Below, piece by piece: positions 62,816 through 64,000 of a stretch of DNA of 64,000 nucleotides. Location of the stretch: assembly GCA_902384585.1 (NCBI GenBank), contig CABMCJ010000002.1:15062-79061 (forward strand), given 5' to 3'. The notes under the pieces were generated by a model that saw nothing but the letters and a program-made list of their open reading frames with translations, was not told the DNA's origin and made no database searches. The DNA comes from Candidatus Anstonella stagnisolia. Its GTDB lineage: Archaea > Micrarchaeota > Micrarchaeia > Anstonellales > Anstonellaceae. The position numbers and the translations under genes are program-made. The stretch's first letter is position 1. Each line of letters starts with the position of its first letter.

Positions 62816-63790
62816 ATGCAAACCTTTCTTTCTTGCGTGCATGGTGCCAAATCCGCACTGCCGAAAAGCGCGCTTTTTGCATTTAATTTTTGTGCGGATG
62901 CGGTTGTGAAAGCGAGCATGGGAAGAGTGCTCGCCCTTCCTTTTGTGCAAAGGGATGCAAAGCTCAAGAAAGACGTGTTTTCCGGGGTGCAAAGGGAAGT
63001 GTGCATGGTGGAAAATGAGCTTGCACGCTTGAAAAAACTTTTTCCAAAGGCAAAAATGCAGGTAGGCGGGCAGGCTGGGTTTGGGGCTTTAACTGCGCAT
63101 TCCCTTGGAGTGAAGCCAACTGTTTTTACTGCGCAAAAGTCGCATTTCCCGAGCCTGCGCAATCTTCCTGTGCATTTTGTTTTTGAGTATTGCGCACGGG
63201 GAGGGAAAAGAAGCAGGCTCATTGCAGCACACGAGGAGAAAAACATGATTCCATCGAGTGTTCCGAAAAAGATGCACGGCTTTTCGCACATCTTCCTTGG
63301 GGGATTCCATCTTTTGAAAACAAGGGAGGATATGCTGCGCGCTGCTAGGATGCTAATGCTTCTGAAAAAGAGGAATCCGGATGCGAAAATATTTGTTGAG
63401 GCAGGGGAATTTCTTGAGAAAGAGTGCATTTCGGCTTTTAGGAATTCAATATTGCCTTTTGCGGACTGCGTTGGGCTCAACGAAGTGGAATTGCACCAGC
63501 TCACTGGGAAGAAGGGAAAAGCTGCGCTGCACATTCTTTCCAAGAAGGTGAGAAAAATAGTTTTCCATTCTCCGAATTCGGCATTTGCGTTCCCAAAGGA
63601 AAAAGGAGATGCGCAGGCGCTCCTTTTTGCAAAAATTGTTGCATCTTATGCTGCAAAATACGGGAAACGGCCGAATTTGAAGGAACTTGGAAAATATGCA
63701 AAAGAAGCGCGTTCCTTATATGTGAAAAAGCCCAAATATACAGTCGGATTAGGAGATACTTTTTCGTGCGCTTATTTTCTTGTAAGATAA
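62816..63790 (+). CDS. ADP-dependent sugar kinase (ADP-PFK/GK family), short form
   Basis: NEXE motif (CVGLNEVELHQL) and C-terminal TVGLGDTFSCAYFLV, as in ADP-dependent glucokinase/phosphofructokinase. The start was trimmed to ATG 62816 because the track ORF (62609) reads through tRNA-Gly. 324 aa is shorter than typical family members. Confidence 0.55.
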   Translation: MQTFLSCVHGAKSALPKSALFAFNFCADAVVKASMGRVLALPFVQRDAKLKKDVFSGVQREVCMVENELARLKKLFPKAKMQVGGQAGFGALTAHSLGVKPTVFTAQKSHFPSLRNLPVHFVFEYCARGGKRSRLIAAHEEKNMIPSSVPKKMHGFSHIFLGGFHLLKTREDMLRAARMLMLLKKRNPDAKIFVEAGEFLEKECISAFRNSILPFADCVGLNEVELHQLTGKKGKAALHILSKKVRKIVFHSPNSAFAFPKEKGDAQALLFAKIVASYAAKYGKRPNLKELGKYAKEARSLYVKKPKYTVGLGDTFSCAYFLVR

Positions 63791-63881
63791 AAAATATGCG
63801 GCTGCCGGGATCGAGCAAACCGAAGGTTTGCGAGAGTTGTAGCGCGTTAGCGCTACTAGGCTGCCGCACGAACGAAGTGAG

Positions 63882-63979
63882 TGCGGCTGCCGGGATTTGA
63901 ACCCGGATTATTAGCTTTCTGCCAGCCTTTGAGAAGGCTGCTGGAAGGCTAGCGTCCTACCAGGTTGGACGACGACCGC
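63882..63979 (-). tRNA. tRNA-Gly (UCC) with a 25-nt canonical (37/38) intron (minimal model; see finding on the downstream duplication)
   Basis: Minus strand: GCGGTCG-TC-GTCC-AACCTGGTA-GGAC-G-CTAGC-CTTCCA[25 nt]A-GCTAA-TAAT-CCGGG-TTCAAAT-CCCGG-CAGCCGC-A. The acceptor has one C6-A67 mismatch and one G-U pair. The alternative 3' end is at 63797. Confidence 0.75.
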
Positions 63980-64000
63980 GCGAGTATAATGATGAAAATT

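Noticed and set aside
63989-63995. ATGATGA (perfect C-box consensus) seven nucleotides from the right edge of the window.
   Set aside because: There is only one box, and the rest of any sRNA would lie outside the window. It also falls in the expected promoter region of tRNA-Gly(UCC), so it cannot be evaluated.
1-64000. Search for mobile elements, CRISPR arrays, rRNA, and integrase or transposase genes.
   Set aside because: I found no ORF with integrase, transposase or Cas hallmarks, no terminal inverted repeats flanking a gene block, and no regularly spaced repeats. The only duplications seen are the pilin leaders, the 15-nt tRNA-Gly 3' duplication and intragenic repeats.

Overview
The window is a gene-dense archaeal chromosomal segment. 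Archaeal hallmarks include aRF1 with NIKS and GGQ motifs, archaeal-type AlaRS, Elp3, a class I CCA-adding enzyme, archease, an S-layer protein, class III (pilin-type) signal peptides, a C/D box sRNA, and intron-containing tRNA genes with TATA boxes about 25-30 nt upstream. None of the six tRNA genes encodes CCA. The lineage cannot be fixed from sequence alone; a small-genome, DPANN-like archaeon is a low-confidence guess. I support about 60 CDS, six tRNA genes and one C/D box sRNA. Four tRNAs carry introns: Tyr-GUA, Asn-GUU, Gly-UCC and Gly-CCC. Asp-GUC and Val-CAC do not. The Gly-CCC intron sits in the T-loop. Core metabolism is clustered in three groups: (1) a folate one-carbon and purine block (purB, glyA, folD, folC and a 5-formyl-THF cyclo-ligase::PurN fusion) plus a double-length ThyX; (2) the non-oxidative pentose-phosphate genes (rpe, split transketolase, transaldolase); (3) modified Embden-Meyerhof enzymes (cupin-type PGI and an ADP-dependent sugar kinase). 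The accessory, least-explained content is as follows. (a) A 3-20 kb cell-envelope island holds an S-layer gene, three paralogous Cys-motif secreted proteins, a heavily sequon-loaded adhesin-like protein apparently split by a frameshift, and several glycosyltransferases. (b) Three paralogous pilin-like proteins carry LamG lectin domains and share conserved leaders. (c) A translationally coupled pair of cytoplasmic Cys-rich paralogues lies directly upstream of thyX. (d) A RelE-type toxin-antitoxin pair is present. (e) An 85-nt, triple-hairpin segment bounded by a 15-nt duplication of the 3' end of tRNA-Gly(UCC) is unexplained. I saw no rRNA, CRISPR array, integrase or transposase. All calls rest on reading the sequence and the ORF track; no database search was run. 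Many ORF-track starts were trimmed to internal ATGs where the maximal ORF ran through a tRNA or a divergent neighbour.
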